Below are positions 23,630 through 37,083 of a stretch of DNA of 64,000 nucleotides, in pieces. The DNA lies in the NCBI GenBank assembly GCA_002269645.1, contig NIVC01000838.1:248001-312000 (forward strand), written 5' to 3'. Both the position numbers and the translations under genes were made by a program. The stretch is from Macrostomum lignano. Lineage: Eukaryota. The notes under the pieces were generated by a model. That model was not told the origin of the DNA and ran no database searches. It was given only the letters and a program-made list of their open reading frames with translations. Position 1 is the stretch's first letter. Every line of letters begins with the position of its first letter.

Positions 23630-24072
23630 GGTAGAAAAGATGATGGACAAGATGGTGGACAAGGTGGTGGGACAAGATGGTGGACAAGATGGTGGACAAC
23701 ATTGTGGACAACATTGTGGACAAGATGGTAGAAAAGATGATGGACAAGATGGTGGACCAGGTGGTGGACAGGTTTGTGGACAGGATTGTGGACAAGATGG
23801 TGGACAGGATTGTGGACAGAATTGTGGACAACATTGTGGACAAGATGGTAGAAAAGATGGTGGACAAGATTATGGACAAGATTGTGGACAGGATGGTGGA
23901 CAAGATGGTGGACAAGATTGTGGACAGGATGGTGGACAAGATGGTGGACAAGATGGTGGACAAGATGGTGGACAAGATGGTGGACAAGATGGTGGACAAG
24001 ATGGTGAACAAGATGGTGGACAAGATGGTGGACAAGATGGTGGACAAGATGGTGGACAAGATGGTGGACAAC
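23630..24072. repeat. 12-bp minisatellite (GGTGGACAAGAT)
   Basis: Tandem units, homogeneous at the 3' end and degenerate at the 5' end. Confidence 0.95.
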
Positions 24073-24809
24073 ATTAATTTAGAATTCGGGGTGCCTGAAT
24101 TTCTTCTTTCGTATAACAAGAAAAAGCAAAATCCAACTCTTTGAGTCGCGCTCAGTGAGGCACAGAGCGAGAGTCAGGCTTGAAAGATTAACAACCTTTT
24201 TTGAGCATATTTCCGCGAGAGAAAGAGTGCTGTCATGTCAAACAGGCTGCTAGCCTCATCAATTCATCAATGTTGCAGCGGTCAGTCAGTCGCTCACTGC
24301 AGAAGTCGACCAGGCGTGAAATGACAATGAAGTCGTCCTGGTCAAGCCAGCAGTCCCTGACGCTGTCTGTTGCGTCAGGCTGGTAGGATGTCACTGCTGC
24401 AGTTTTTGGAGAACTTTCGCTTTCGTTCTCGGCTTTCACACGCTGTCTCTGCTGGTGGATGGGTGACTCATCCTCCGAGCTCAAGTGCTAATAATGCTCT
24501 GCTCCTGGCTAAAATTGGGCCTATATGGCCACACTCTCAGTCACCTTGCAGGCAATGCTTTGCCAAGAAGCAGCCATTGTTTGCTGTGCTGGCATTGTGT
24601 TTAACATTGCATTATTAACAACATTGGAATTATGCAATCAGACTGACTGTGCGCTGGAGACCCACTTTTGCTTTCATGCCAGCCACTAAGCACTGCCCCC
24701 TGGGGACCGCGTTCTTGACTTTGCCCAAACAACATGGTAAACAAACTGACTCAGGGATGGAAAGATTGAGAGATAAATATATGAAATGAGTATTGAAAGA
24801 AATTTGAGA

Positions 24810-26080
24810 GATCAGAGAGAGATCAGAGAGAGATCAGAGAGAGATCAGAGAGAGATCAGAGAGAGATCAGAGAGAGATCAGAGAGAGATCAGAGAGAGAT
24901 CAGAGAGAGATCAGAGAGAGATCAGAGAGAGATCAGAGATAGATCAGAGATAGATCAGAGATAGATCAGAGAGAGATCAGAGATAGATCAGAGAGAGATC
25001 AGAGAGAGATCAGAGAGAGAGATCAGAGATAGATCAGAGAGAGATCAGAGAGAGAGATCAGACAGAGATCAGAAAGAGATCGGAGAGAGATCAGAGAGAG
25101 ATCAGAGAGATCAGAGAGAGATCAGAGAGAGATCAGAGAGAGATCAAAGAGACCAGAGAGAGATCAGAGAGAGACCAGAGAGAGATCAGAGCGAGATCAG
25201 AGAGAGACCAGAGAGAGATCAGAGAGAGATCAGAGAGAGACCAGGGAGAAATCAGAGAGAGATCAGAGAGAGACCAGAGAGAGATCAGAGAGAGATCAGA
25301 GAGAGACCAGGGAGAAATCAGAGAGAGATCAGAGAGAGATCAGAGAGAGATCAGAGAGAGATCAGAGAGAGACGAGAGAGAGATCAGAGAGAGACCAGAG
25401 AGAGATCAGAGAGAGATCAGAGAGAGACCAGAGAGAGATCAGAGAGAGATCAGAGAGACCAGAGAGAGATCAGAGAGAGATCAGAGAGTGATCAGAGAGA
25501 GATCAGAGAGAGATCAGAGAGAGACGAGAGAGAGATCAGAGAGAGACCAGAGAGAGATCAGAGAGAGATCAGAGAGACCAGAGAGAGATCAGAGAGACAT
25601 CAGGGAGAGATCAGAGAGAGACCAGAGAGAGATCAGAGAGAGATCAGAGAGAGACCAGAGAGAGATCAGAGAGAGATCAGAGAGACATCAGGGAGAGATC
25701 AGAGAGAGACCAGAGAGAGATCAGAGAGAGACCAGAGAGAGACCAGAGAGAGATCAGAGAGAGAGATCAGAGAGACATCAGGGAGAGATCAGAGAGAGAC
25801 CAGAGAGAGATCAGAGAGAGATCAGAGAGAGACCAGAGAGAGATCAGAGAGAGATCAGAGAGAGACCAGGGAGAAATCAGAGAGAGATCAGAGAGAGATC
25901 AGAGAGACCAGAGAGAGATCAGAGAGAGACCAGAGAGAGATCAGAGAGAGATCAGAGAGAGACCAGGGAGAAATCAGAGAGAGATCAGAGAGAGATCAGA
26001 GAGACCAGAGAGAGATCAGAGAGAGACCAGAGAGAGATCAGAGAGAGACCAGAGAGAGACCAGGGAGAAATCAGAGAGAT
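24810..26080. repeat. 11-bp purine-rich minisatellite (ATCAGAGAGAG)
   Basis: About 1.27 kb of tandem units with GACCAG / GACATC variants. Confidence 0.95.
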
Positions 26081-27306
26081 ATCTCTGGGACCAAATAGCG
26101 ATCAGATCTGAACGCAGTTCCAGAGCAAAAGCAGAGCTGGCCAGCAACTCACTGTGGTCAATTCCTCTGTCAATACCGAGAGACAGCAGACATTGATTTG
26201 CTCAAAAAGCTCCGCAATCCAATTCTCTACACAAGAGCAACCCTGCTCAGTCCCCAGCCCGCATTATTTATCATTCTTCAATTCTTCAAGACAGACATCT
26301 TTCTCTGCAGGCTGGATCGAATTTCTGCTTTGAGCTTAGCAGACAATCCAAACTCGAAGCGTCCCCCGAAGGCAGGCGGAGCAGAACTGAACCGAAATTT
26401 CAGTGAAATCGTTGACAGCCTGTCAATTTTGATAACAAGCATCGATTTGATAAAGTTTCTTTTTTGTCTAATTTTCAACACTAGACACCCCGGGTTCGAT
26501 TCCGAAACAATAATTTATGGCTTTTAGATTCACACCTATGACTGCCGATCCCCAAGGCACAGAGACTGTACATTAGAAAGTCAAAGTGCCGCTGTACACC
26601 CAGTGTGAGCGTGTATCATGCGCTGGTAGCGAGACGATGTCAGTGTGGCCACAACGCTGATGCAGCTCAGAATCCCATAAATTTTAACCCCCTGTCTCGA
26701 GTTCTCCATCTTTCAGCTCAGATATTTCTCTTACTAATAGATAGGATGAATTTCCTGTCTCCCTTTCTGCATCTTTTTCTGAACTGGCCCGTGGCTGAGC
26801 TGTCCGTCACGCCCCACCCCGCGGGGCTAACGGGGCGGCCAGGGCGGGCGGCCCAACAAGTGCCCTCAAGGCTACTGGGCTCCATCTCCGATGAAGCTGA
26901 AACTGCATCCCCCAGACCGGCCCCCTTATCCAGTCAGTCTGTTTGACTGACGGATCCCCATCAGTTTTAGCCTCGGAGAATGAGGGAGAGGGGAGCGAGT
27001 AGCGCCACCGGACACAGCCGCTCAGATTATGAATTCCTCTATCAGTTGTTCACTTCTATTCCCACAAGCAATGAGCATCTTTTGGGCTTTTTTCTTTTAA
27101 AAAAGAGAGCTCTATCAAGCAATTGTCCACCAGTGTCTCAAACTGTGAGGATGACGTCATCGAAGCTGGGAAATTTTTGCTATGCGGCTGCCAGCTCATG
27201 CGGAGCCCGCCGCCACTCGAGCACGCGCCACCGTCTGCCTTTGGTAGCGGCGGCTTCTCGGACTGCTTCATCTAAGGGATCCGGGAGACTGGGATGAGCT
27301 GCGTGT

Positions 27307-28148
<842 letters not shown>

Positions 28149-28692
28149 GAGACTGTAAGCCAGCAACAAAATGCTTCAAGCTCCGCAGCCCCAGCCCTGA
28201 GCTGCCCAGCTCACTCACTGGTCATAAATCTTGACCCTCCCGATGGCCCAGCGCCATATGGAACACTTCGGGCGAAACTCTCGAACGCACACGCCGTTAG
28301 CAGGGGATCCAGCGGCAACAGCACATAATCCTGTCATTGCTGCATCGCAGTCCTATGCGCAATCACGCGTGCCTTCTGCTACCCTGTGAAGCCCCACCCT
28401 GCAGCCTCCCCATGGCATAGATGATGAAGGACTGGGATTTATCCTGCTAAGCTCCATAGGGAATTCTGTTTGCCATCTTACTCAGCTCAGCCTCTTAGCG
28501 CTGTTCTTCTCTTACTCTTCATCATAAATACCGGCTACTGATTGATCTCAGAGCATTGCCTGTCTCTCTGTGTGACAGGGTGGTCCGGGTGCCACCAAAT
28601 TTCCTCACTGCCAATTCTGCGTGGCCAGCGGCTCAGCAATTGCAGGAAAAGTTGTCAATTTATCGGTGCGGTATAAACGGTACCACCTCCAG

Positions 28693-29232
28693 CGCCCCCT
28701 CATTCACGGCGCCATCTCATTGACGGCACCCCCTCATTCCCGGCCCCCTCATTCCCGGCCCCCCTCATTCACGGCTCCCCCTCATTCACGGCGCCATCTC
28801 ATTCACGGCACCCCCTCATTCACGGCACACCCTCATTCACGCCTCCCCCTCATTCACGGCACCCCCTCATTCACGGCACCCCCTCATTCCCGGCACACCC
28901 TCATTCACGGCACCCCCTCATTCCCGGCCCCCCTCATTCACGGCACCCCCTCATTCACGACACCCCCTCATTCACGGCACCCCCTCATTCCCGGCCCCCC
29001 TCATTCACGGCACCCCCTCATTCACGGCACCCCCTCATTCACGGCACCCCCTCATTCACGGCACCCCCTCATTCACGGCACACCCTCATTCACGGCACCC
29101 CCTCATTCACGGCACCCCCTCATTCACGGCACACCCTCATTCACGGCACCCCCTCATTCACGGCACCCCCTCATTCACGGCACACCCTCATTCACGGCAC
29201 ACCCTCATTCACGCCTCCCCCTCATTCACGGC
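28693..29232. repeat. 17-bp minisatellite (CCCCTCATTCACGGCAC)
   Basis: About 30 tandem copies. Confidence 0.95.
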
Positions 29233-29986
29233 GCCCGTTGAATGACCCGCGCCAATGCACTGAGTGTATATTTTCAAATATGTTATGATAAAAATCCAAT
29301 CGATTAATATTCTTAGAAATAGAAAATCAACGAGTTTATTTGATTCGTTTTTTGATAATAGAAAGAACCCAGTGGCAAAGCCGAGCTCGGTCCGAGCTCG
29401 GGCCGACGTCGGCCACTCGGCATTCGATCGGCCATACTAAAGTCGGCCAGCCGACGTCGGCCCGAACTCGGTAGAACCTCGGGGTGCCGCGCCGTTAACC
29501 GATTAAAAGTTTTAATCAATTAAGCAGAATTTACCTACGCTAATGAATTCAATATGATTAAAAAAAACCCCGCATAAATATAGATGAATAATTTACACTG
29601 AAAAAGTGACTCTTTTGCAATAAACAAAAACAACGCAATCATACAGCACTTTTGATCCACCAAAGTGGTGTAATGTGCTTTTTACACATACTAATTGTGT
29701 TTTTACTGAATTAGTTTCCTCGTTGAGTAGGTGATTTGACTTTTATGGATTTATTCTCCTTCGAGACGACCATGAAGTGCATGCGTTATAGGTACGGAAA
29801 ATTCGAAGTACTGGATTTTAACAATTATATATATGAGTAATTTACCAGATAAAAGAACATAGCTTCGTTAGTAAAAATATAAATAAATAATTAACTGCTT
29901 TAGAATTTACTTAAGGCGTAATTATTGCTCATTTTTTGCCATTCATTTGAATATATTGCTCCCGTGCAGGTCAAGTCAATTGTAAA

Positions 29987-30256
29987 CAGTGAGGCTCTTC
30001 ACGGCAATCGATTCCAGAACCAGAATCGGTTCGGATTTCCAAGAAAAAAAGCAGTATAACTTTTTAACTTTGTTGAATGTTTGACTGCCTTAACAGCCTC
30101 ACTCTGCACAATTTTTCACTTTCTTCTTGGCTATTGCCATCCAATAATCACAATTTTAAAGCACTAAAATCCCTCTAGTTTAGGAGACAAAAAGTTATAC
30201 TTTACAAATTGGTTCTGGTTCTAGAACCAGAACAAGCAATATGAAGAGCCTCATTG
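29987..30256. mobile_element. ~270-bp nested MITE-like element
   Basis: Termini CAGTGAGGCTCTTCA / TGAAGAGCCTCATTG (14/15 inverted match) with further inverted motifs inside (CCAGAACCAG, AGTATAACTTTTT). No TSD identified. Confidence 0.55.
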
Positions 30257-31345
30257 TCTAGCTCTTTTTAACGTGGCAATTCATTTAGCTTCTTAGTTAT
30301 TATTTTTATTACACGTTCTTTGGAAGCATTTAGATGTTTCGGCAAAAATTCCAGAGACATACTTAGTCTTACAGTTAAGCCGTAACTAATTGAACTATAG
30401 CTACACTGTAATGCAATGTAAACTTGCTTTTTTGGGTTTAATGAAGATTTGCTTACAATTTATGAATAGGCGTATGAAATATGTTTTCATTAATGATAAT
30501 TAGACATATTACGATGGCAATTCACCAGCTATTTTCAGAATGGCCATCAAATAGTTATCTAGTAGTTAAAAGTGAATAAATCCGAGGAGAAGAATTTCTT
30601 GTCGCGTCCCAAATCCTGGACTTAGCTCAAGATTCTTAAATGGAAATTTTACTAAACAATTTATCTACAAAAAGCATATTTTCATGATAAAATGTTGAAA
30701 AGTATAGGATTGCAATAGGAGTTACCATAACTTAACTGTAGGAATGATATCTAGCTTAGGTCATAAATCCTGTGATTTGAAAAGTCTAAAATGGCCTAAA
30801 TAAAGCCAGATTTTTAGGCTCCTATGATATTTTTATCCCTACTATATTAGGTCTAGCTTCTTATTTTTTTATTTGTCTATGGCAATGCCATCATGAATTA
30901 CATACTATCAGTTAATTTAAGACATTGTTTATGTACTATGGGCCAGGATATAATGCCAATTGTGCATTTTATGGCAGGCAATTTAATGTAATTTTGCTGT
31001 ATATGCCAATTTTTTACTCTTTTGAATAGATTCATAGTATTCATATTATACTATATTGTTTTTCTAATGACTTTTTAGTATAACTATAGTATACTTATTT
31101 TACTATTATAGGTTTTTACTTTATTTTTGCACCATAGACTAGATATTGATGCTATTTTTATATACTAGGGCCCTATGCCATATTTGGCATCAGTTTTGCA
31201 CTGCAGGCCAGATTTGGGTATCAGTTTTGTGTTTTCCATTTATGTATTTGATTCCAATTTTTTTACTTTTTCATCATATGGCTTCAATTCTAACTCCCTT
31301 GATGTTCTAGATACAACACTTTGAGAAAATGGGGCGAGATTCTAA

Positions 31346-31713
31346 GGCTACCCACAAGCGATCCAGAAGCAGCAGCACGACACCCATGCCCATGACCACC
31401 ACATTGAGATGGGCAACGCAGTCGTTGCGAGGGACTTTGCTGCTGATGGCAGCTGGAAGCCTGCTGTTCTGACCGACTGCTCCAGGGCTGTGTCTCTTGC
31501 CAGTTTGACGATGGTCGAGAGGTCCATCGGCACACCAATCAAGTGCCTGCGGCGCCTTCCAAAGTTGAGCAACCGCTATGTGCCGAGGTGTCTGACGATC
31601 AACCAGAGGCCCCTGCGGAGACGCCTGGCCAGGCGCCAGAGTTGAGCTCTGCGGCGCCACTTTGACGTTCGACCAGGGCAAGAGCTTAAGCTGACCGGCT
31701 GCGCTACCAGTGA
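31346..31713 (+). pseudogene. Degenerate 3' end of a Ty3/Gypsy pol (integrase C-terminal region)
   Basis: QKQQHDTHAHD...GNAVVARDFAADGSWKPAVLT, a frameshift near 31497, then CQFDDGREVHRHTNQV...PL*RSTRARA*ADRLRY*. This matches the typical KxxHD...GDxVxARNF...W.P.......DGRxxRRHxDQ...LRRSTR...PDRL pattern of K02A2.6-like Gypsy pol tails. Confidence 0.7.
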
Positions 31714-31799
31714 CTATGGACTGTTCCTCTATGGACTGTAAACTGATTTGCGTCTTTTATTCCCGTTTTTATCTAACGCTTAATCTTTGTGGGGAGGAG

Positions 31800-32049
31800 T
31801 GTGGTGACTTGGCTGGGCGAATTGTTGTTTGTTTTGTTAGCTTGTTTTTACTCCGTGTTTTGAGGTGGTTTTTTACCAGTTTCGCTGCGTACTCCCTTCT
31901 GCGATATTTCGCTGTACATTCTTATGTGCGCTCTGCATTCTGGCCGCTCTTGCTCTCCACCCTTAAGCCTCTTACACCCAATGTATCGTGCTCAATATTT
32001 ACAATATAAATTGCAGTCGCTTTCCTCGTATCAAGCGTCTCGTTCTACA
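31800..32049 (+). mobile_element. Putative 3' LTR (~250 bp) preceded by a polypurine tract
   Basis: PPT GGGGAGGAG at 31791-31799 directly followed by TGTGG; candidate end CTACA at 32045-32049. It lies just downstream of the pol remnant. Confidence 0.6.
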
Positions 32050-33107
32050 ATCTAAAGTGAAGTCTTTACAGTTTATAATGTTAATAAATGCTCAACCAAA
32101 TCCGTATCGCAACCCTTAACTCAACCTCTGTTTTCAGCTGTTTAGCTACTTTTTCTCTGTTTTCTTGCTTATTGGTTTGAAAGTTAATCTTGTATCATTA
32201 TTAGCATTTGATAATACACTAGTGTGCTTGTGGTGGATTTACTGTTGCGGTGTTCTTTTAATTCAATTATTTTAACTTCTAAATCGTTGTCTTATTTCAC
32301 AATCATTTAATCCTGAACATGGCTGTTGGTTGTATATTTGTTGGGTCAGAGAACTGAGTCTGGTGGATATGTATCTAATTCCGAGGGGAAATCAATTAAC
32401 TAGTTATACTAAAGGCTCACCATAACTAGGCTCAAATACGAGCGTACATTACCACTGCAATGCACTAACATGCTAGGAATGACATGAGATCTTTAACTCG
32501 ATGGTTTCAATTCGTGTCATGTCGTTTTCCCATTCACCTTTTCTTTTTCATGTAATACCGAATTGTACATGTACAGTACAAGTCTATAGAAAGTGAAAGT
32601 GGCACCCACATGTAGTCAATCTGTAAGAAGCAATATAAGCTTTATAATAAGCTAAATAGAAAGTATAGTGCAAAGCTACTCGGCATTACCGCGGTCAGCC
32701 GACCTCGGCCCGAGGTCGTCGGCCCGAGCTAGAACCGCCGTCAACCCGCCGAGCTCGGCCCGATCTCGGCGGACCGAGCTCGGGCCGAGCTCGGCTTTGC
32801 CACTGGGAATGTTTTAATTAGAGATGCATATTATTTGCTGTGGAGAACAAAAGTATTTGGGCAAACTGGTGCAAGCCCGAAAATTTAAAGAGCTCCATTT
32901 AGAAAGAATCAAGACAGGCTGTCCTCACCGGAATAAAATATTTATTATAGTGTAATCAATTTGTTTCTGGCGTAAAAATTCAATATATACTGCTCACTGT
33001 ATGCTACTGTCACTTATAAGTAGTAGATTAAAGATTTTTTTGAATTTATTTTATCCTTTTTATCCGAAGAAATTCGCGTTTAAAATCGAGTTCAGCATCG
33101 ATTTTCT

Positions 33108-36100
33108 TTATTTCACCTGGGCGCTGGTGCACATCTGGTTCAGACCGCAGGTGCCATCGCCCCGGTACACCAGGTAGTAGCCCTTGTTGCCCCAGCTGGT
33201 GCCCCAGGAGTTCTTGATGATCCAGTACGGCTCGGTGCCCTTCATGCCATATCCAACAATGAGGACTCCGTGGTCCAGGTGGCTCGGGTTGCAGAAGATT
33301 TTCCAAGGATGCGAGATGCCGCTCAGGTAGAACTGCATGGCGTTGGCGTTGATGCCTGTTGGCGGGTTTGGAGAATATCGTTAACTTAAAGCCGGAAGTT
33401 TTGTTATAATGCGACAATAATCGAAAATGAAATTCCACTACGAGTATTTTAACTCAGTTTGATTGAGTTATTCTCAGACTTATTGCTTGGATTTTCTTTG
33501 CTTCAATCAAGTCAAACAGTTATACCAACTAATTGTTATTTTGTCGTTAATTTAAAGCCGGAAATTTTGTCATACTCGTTAAATATAAAAAAATAAAGTT
33601 GAACTGTTGTGCTAATATAGCCTGAATTCATAAAATAAAAGCTTCTTAAGATCTTGCAAGTCGAGCCTATGTTAGACACGTATTGCTATGTCGTTAATCT
33701 AATTACGGAAAATTTGTTTGTTTGAGTTCCCATGATTCTCAAACAATTTGATTTTAATGACTTTTACGTATCGTAACTCACCGATGCTGATCGGCCCGTT
33801 CTGCACCAGCCAGGCGGCCATGGCTTTCTCGTCCTTGGAGATGGCCACGGAGCTGTTGATGTAGACGGCCACCTTGCCCTGGTTGAACTGGCACTTCTGG
33901 TCGCTGCCCCTGTACGGATAGTCAGACTCCTTCATCAGGCCGCCCATCCTCTCGATCTCCTTGTAGGCCTGGCTGGGCAGCCCGCCGTTGCAGCCCTCGT
34001 CGACTTTGTCGCAATCGACGAGCTGCTGCTCGGACAGATCGACCAGCTTCTTCTTGTTAATGAACCACTGGCCCTCGATGTTGCCGGTGGTGCTGAAGGC
34101 CCAGCAGCTGCCTGCGGAGTGGGTGAGATTTATATGTAATAGCCTGTGGCCTGCCTTCTCACAGCTCTGACCTACTAGCCTGCTAGCTTAATGACCCAGT
34201 TCTTTGATTTTTGACCTACTGACCCACTGAACCATTGCCATATCGACTCATTGGACCTACTAACAGACTTACTAACAGACCCACTAACTCACAACGGACT
34301 GAATTATGGACCTACTGATGTACTGAACCACTAACCCGCTGACCCATGGACTCGCTGACCCCGTGCTTTACTGACCCACTGACCCACTAAACCTTTGACC
34401 CACTGACCCCCTGACCCACCAACCCCCTGACCCACCGACCCCCTGACCCACCGACCCCCTGACCCACCGACCCCCTGACCCCTTGACCCACTGACCCACT
34501 TCCGCTCTGACCTCTTGACCCAACGACCCACTGACCCACTTCCGCTCTGACCTCTTGACCCAACGACCCCTGACCCACTGACCCACTGACCCACTAACCC
34601 ATGCACTGACCCTCTGACACATTGACCCACTGACCCCTGACCCTTAGCCCACTGACCCCTGACCCATAGCCCACTGACCCACTGACCCACTGGCTCCCTG
34701 ACCCCCTGACCCACTGACCCACTGACCACTGACCCGCCAACTCACCGCAGGTTCCCTGGTTCTTGACTTCGGTCACGGCGCCCTTCTCGCGCCAGTCGAA
34801 GCTGGTCGGCAGATCGCCCAGGGTGGGCACGGCGGCCTCCTCGGCGGGGCGGCGGCTCAGGTCCCATCTGGGCGACAGGTAGCGGCTGCGGAACTCCTCC
34901 TGGGTGAGGTCGGCGAACACCGACGCGCCGTAGCGAGCATCGCCGCGGTCGAGCATCTGGTAGGCGTAGGCCTTCTTCATGTTGTCGCGAAAGATGGCGA
35001 AGCGGCGCTGCTCCTCGGCTCTGCAATGCAGAAATTCTCGAGGTCTTCGTTACAGAATCTTTGTTCTCTACAGGGTGTACTCCATGAAGGTCTTAGAGGT
35101 CACAACCTAGAGGTCACATATCCTAAAGGTCACAGGTTCCAGAGGTCACATGTCCTAGAGGTCACGTCTTAGAGGTCACATGTCCTAGAGGTCACGTCTT
35201 AGAGGTCACATGTCCTAGAGGTCATACATCCAAGCAATCACATGTCTCAGAGGTCACAAGCCCCAGAGATCACATATCCTAGAGGTCACATGTCCCAGAG
35301 GTCACATGTCTCGGGGGTCACATGTCCTAGAGGTCACATGTCTCAGAGGTCACATGTCTCAGAGGTCACATGTCCCAGAGGTCACATGTCTCAGAGGTCA
35401 CATGTCCCAGAGGTCACAGGTCCCAGAGGTCATTTGTCCAAGAAGTCACATGTCCAAGAAGTCACATGTCCAAGAAGTCACATGTCCAAGAAGTCACATG
35501 TCCAAGAAGTCACATGTCCAAGAAGTCACATGTCCAAGAAGTCACATGTCCAAGAAGTCACATGTCCAAGAAGTCACATGTCCAAGAAGTCACATGTCCA
35601 AGAAGTCACATGTCCAAGAAGTCACATGTCCAAGAAGTCACATGTCCAAGAAGTCACATGTCCAAGAAGTCACATATCCTAGAGGTCATAAACCAGCCGA
35701 AAGCGCTCACCTGGAGGCGTAGACCTTCCCGTGAGCCCTCTTGAACTCGGCAAACTGTCCGTAGTGTCCGATGTCGTGAGAGTCGCCGCCGAGCAGCACC
35801 TGATGCTGCAACGGCTCGCTCCGTTTCAGCCGCCGAGTCTGCTGGCAGCTCTCCAAGCCAGACCGGTCCACTTCGTACTGCCTGGGGCTGCTCCAGGGCC
35901 GGTACACCACCGACACGGGGCAGCGGTACACCTTAGCGTCCGGGCTCAGCTTCTCCTTGCACCAGCGCAGCGGGCTGCCGTAGTGTCTGACGGCCTTGCG
36001 ACACGGCGTCTCGACGAACACGGCGACGAAAGTGTACCGGATGCCCGCCACCACCTGCTTCTTGGCGTCCTCGTATCTGCGGGTGGCGAGAATTTCAAGG

Positions 36101-36116
36101 TGGAGTTGTTGCTGTT

Positions 36117-36150
<34 letters not shown>

Positions 36151-36179
36151 TTGTTTTTGTCAAGGTGCAATTTTTGTAG

Positions 36180-36211
<32 letters not shown>

Positions 36212-36540
36212 GGTAGTGGTTGTGTTGTTGTTGTTGCTGTTTTTTGTTGTTGGTGTTGTTGTTGTTTTTGTTGTTGTTTTTGTTGTTGTTGTTGTTGTTA
36301 AACTCGGGCAAACAAACTTTTTAAAAAGCGACTGACTCACCTGAGCATGGCGTGATGGAACATGCTGTTTGAGTAGGTGTTGTACGCCCTCGTCACCTCC
36401 GTGATGGCATTCTGAAACGACCCGCCCTCTGCGTCTTGCGCCGTGATTGGCGATTTACCGCCGGTCACAACGTTGTGCAAGCAATGCGCGCTGATTGCTA
36501 CTGACAGTAGCAGAGTTAGCCCAAGTAGCAACCTTGTCAT
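33108..36540 (-). CDS. CTSF: Cathepsin F (cystatin domain + I29 propeptide + papain C1A domain), 5 exons, 472 aa
   Basis: Exons 36540-36341, 36076-35711, 35020-34746, 34111-33782 and 33355-33108, all GT-AG with matching phases (2,2,1,1), total 1419 nt. Signal peptide, cystatin QVVAG and PW, ERFNIN-like [26 protein letters not shown], and catalytic QGTCGSCWAF, LDHGV and [14 protein letters not shown] about 60 nt after the stop. Confidence 0.97.
34205..34735. repeat. 8-bp-based minisatellite (CTGACCCA / CTGACCCC) filling cathepsin F intron 3
   Basis: Degenerate tandem motif. Confidence 0.85.
35090..35685. repeat. 16-bp minisatellite (GAGGTCACATGTCCCA grading into GAAGTCACATGTCCAA) in cathepsin F intron 2
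   Basis: Tandem units with a gradient of variant types. Confidence 0.9.
36107..36299. repeat. (GTT)n/(GGT)n microsatellite in cathepsin F intron 1
   Basis: Direct. Confidence 0.9.
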
Positions 36541-36602
36541 ATTGCTCTTCTGGTTTGCTAGCAGAATTTTTCTTATTCTAAAATTTGCATAAACATCAAA
36601 TT

Positions 36603-36609
36603 ATTTATA
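36603..36609 (-). promoter_or_regulatory. Candidate TATA box of cathepsin F
   Basis: TATAAAT on the minus strand about 62 bp upstream of the ATG. Confidence 0.55.
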
Positions 36610-36828
36610 GTCGATTGTACTTTTAACTAAAAACATTGGTGGGCTTCTTTTGAAGACGATCAGATAAAGTGCTCAGGCAGTATAATGACAGCTTTGAACT
36701 GATTCTTGGACCTTGGGGGGGGGCATTGGCTGCAATGAATTGGGCTAAATAACTTTATGGTTTATTTTATTTTACGAAGCAGGTTGGCCTATAAATAGAC
36801 TGGGGGGTTTATGGATTTCTAGATAGCC

Positions 36829-37083
36829 TCCTGAAACAGCTGTCAGGGGGGTATCAAAGGCCTCCTGAAGCAACTGTCAGGGGGGTATCAAAGGGTCCTG
36901 AAGCAACTGTCAGGGGGTATCAAAGGCCTACTGAAGCAACTTTCAGGGGGTATCAAAGGCCTCCTGAAGCAACTGTCAGGGGGTATCAAAGGCCTCCTGA
37001 AGCAACTGTCAGGGGGTATCAAAGGCCTACTGAAGCAACTTTCAGGGGGTATCAAAGGCCTCCTGAAGCAACTGTCAGGGGGT
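36829..37083. repeat. 33-bp minisatellite (GGTATCAAAGGCCTCCTGAAGCAACTGTCAGGG)
   Basis: About 7-8 copies. Confidence 0.9.

Larger units (their letters stand above)
29368..32807. mobile_element. 3.44-kb non-autonomous TIR DNA transposon, CMC/EnSpm-like
   Basis: 34-bp TIRs CCCAGTGGCAAAGCCGAGCTCGG[T/C]CCGAGCTCGG (one mismatch), flanked by AA/AA (candidate 2-bp TSD). Subterminal GC-rich palindromes (CCGAGCTCGG, GGCCGACGTCGGCC), AT-rich interior, no transposase ORF. Confidence 0.85.

Noticed and set aside
24233-24484. 83-aa minus-strand ORF MSSEDESPIHQ...
   Set aside because: Protein-like composition, but no recognisable domain, splice partners or promoter. It cannot be supported without transcript data.
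26493-26503. GGTTCGATTCC (tRNA T-loop / B-box)
   Set aside because: No T-stem beyond 2 bp, and no A-box or cloverleaf.
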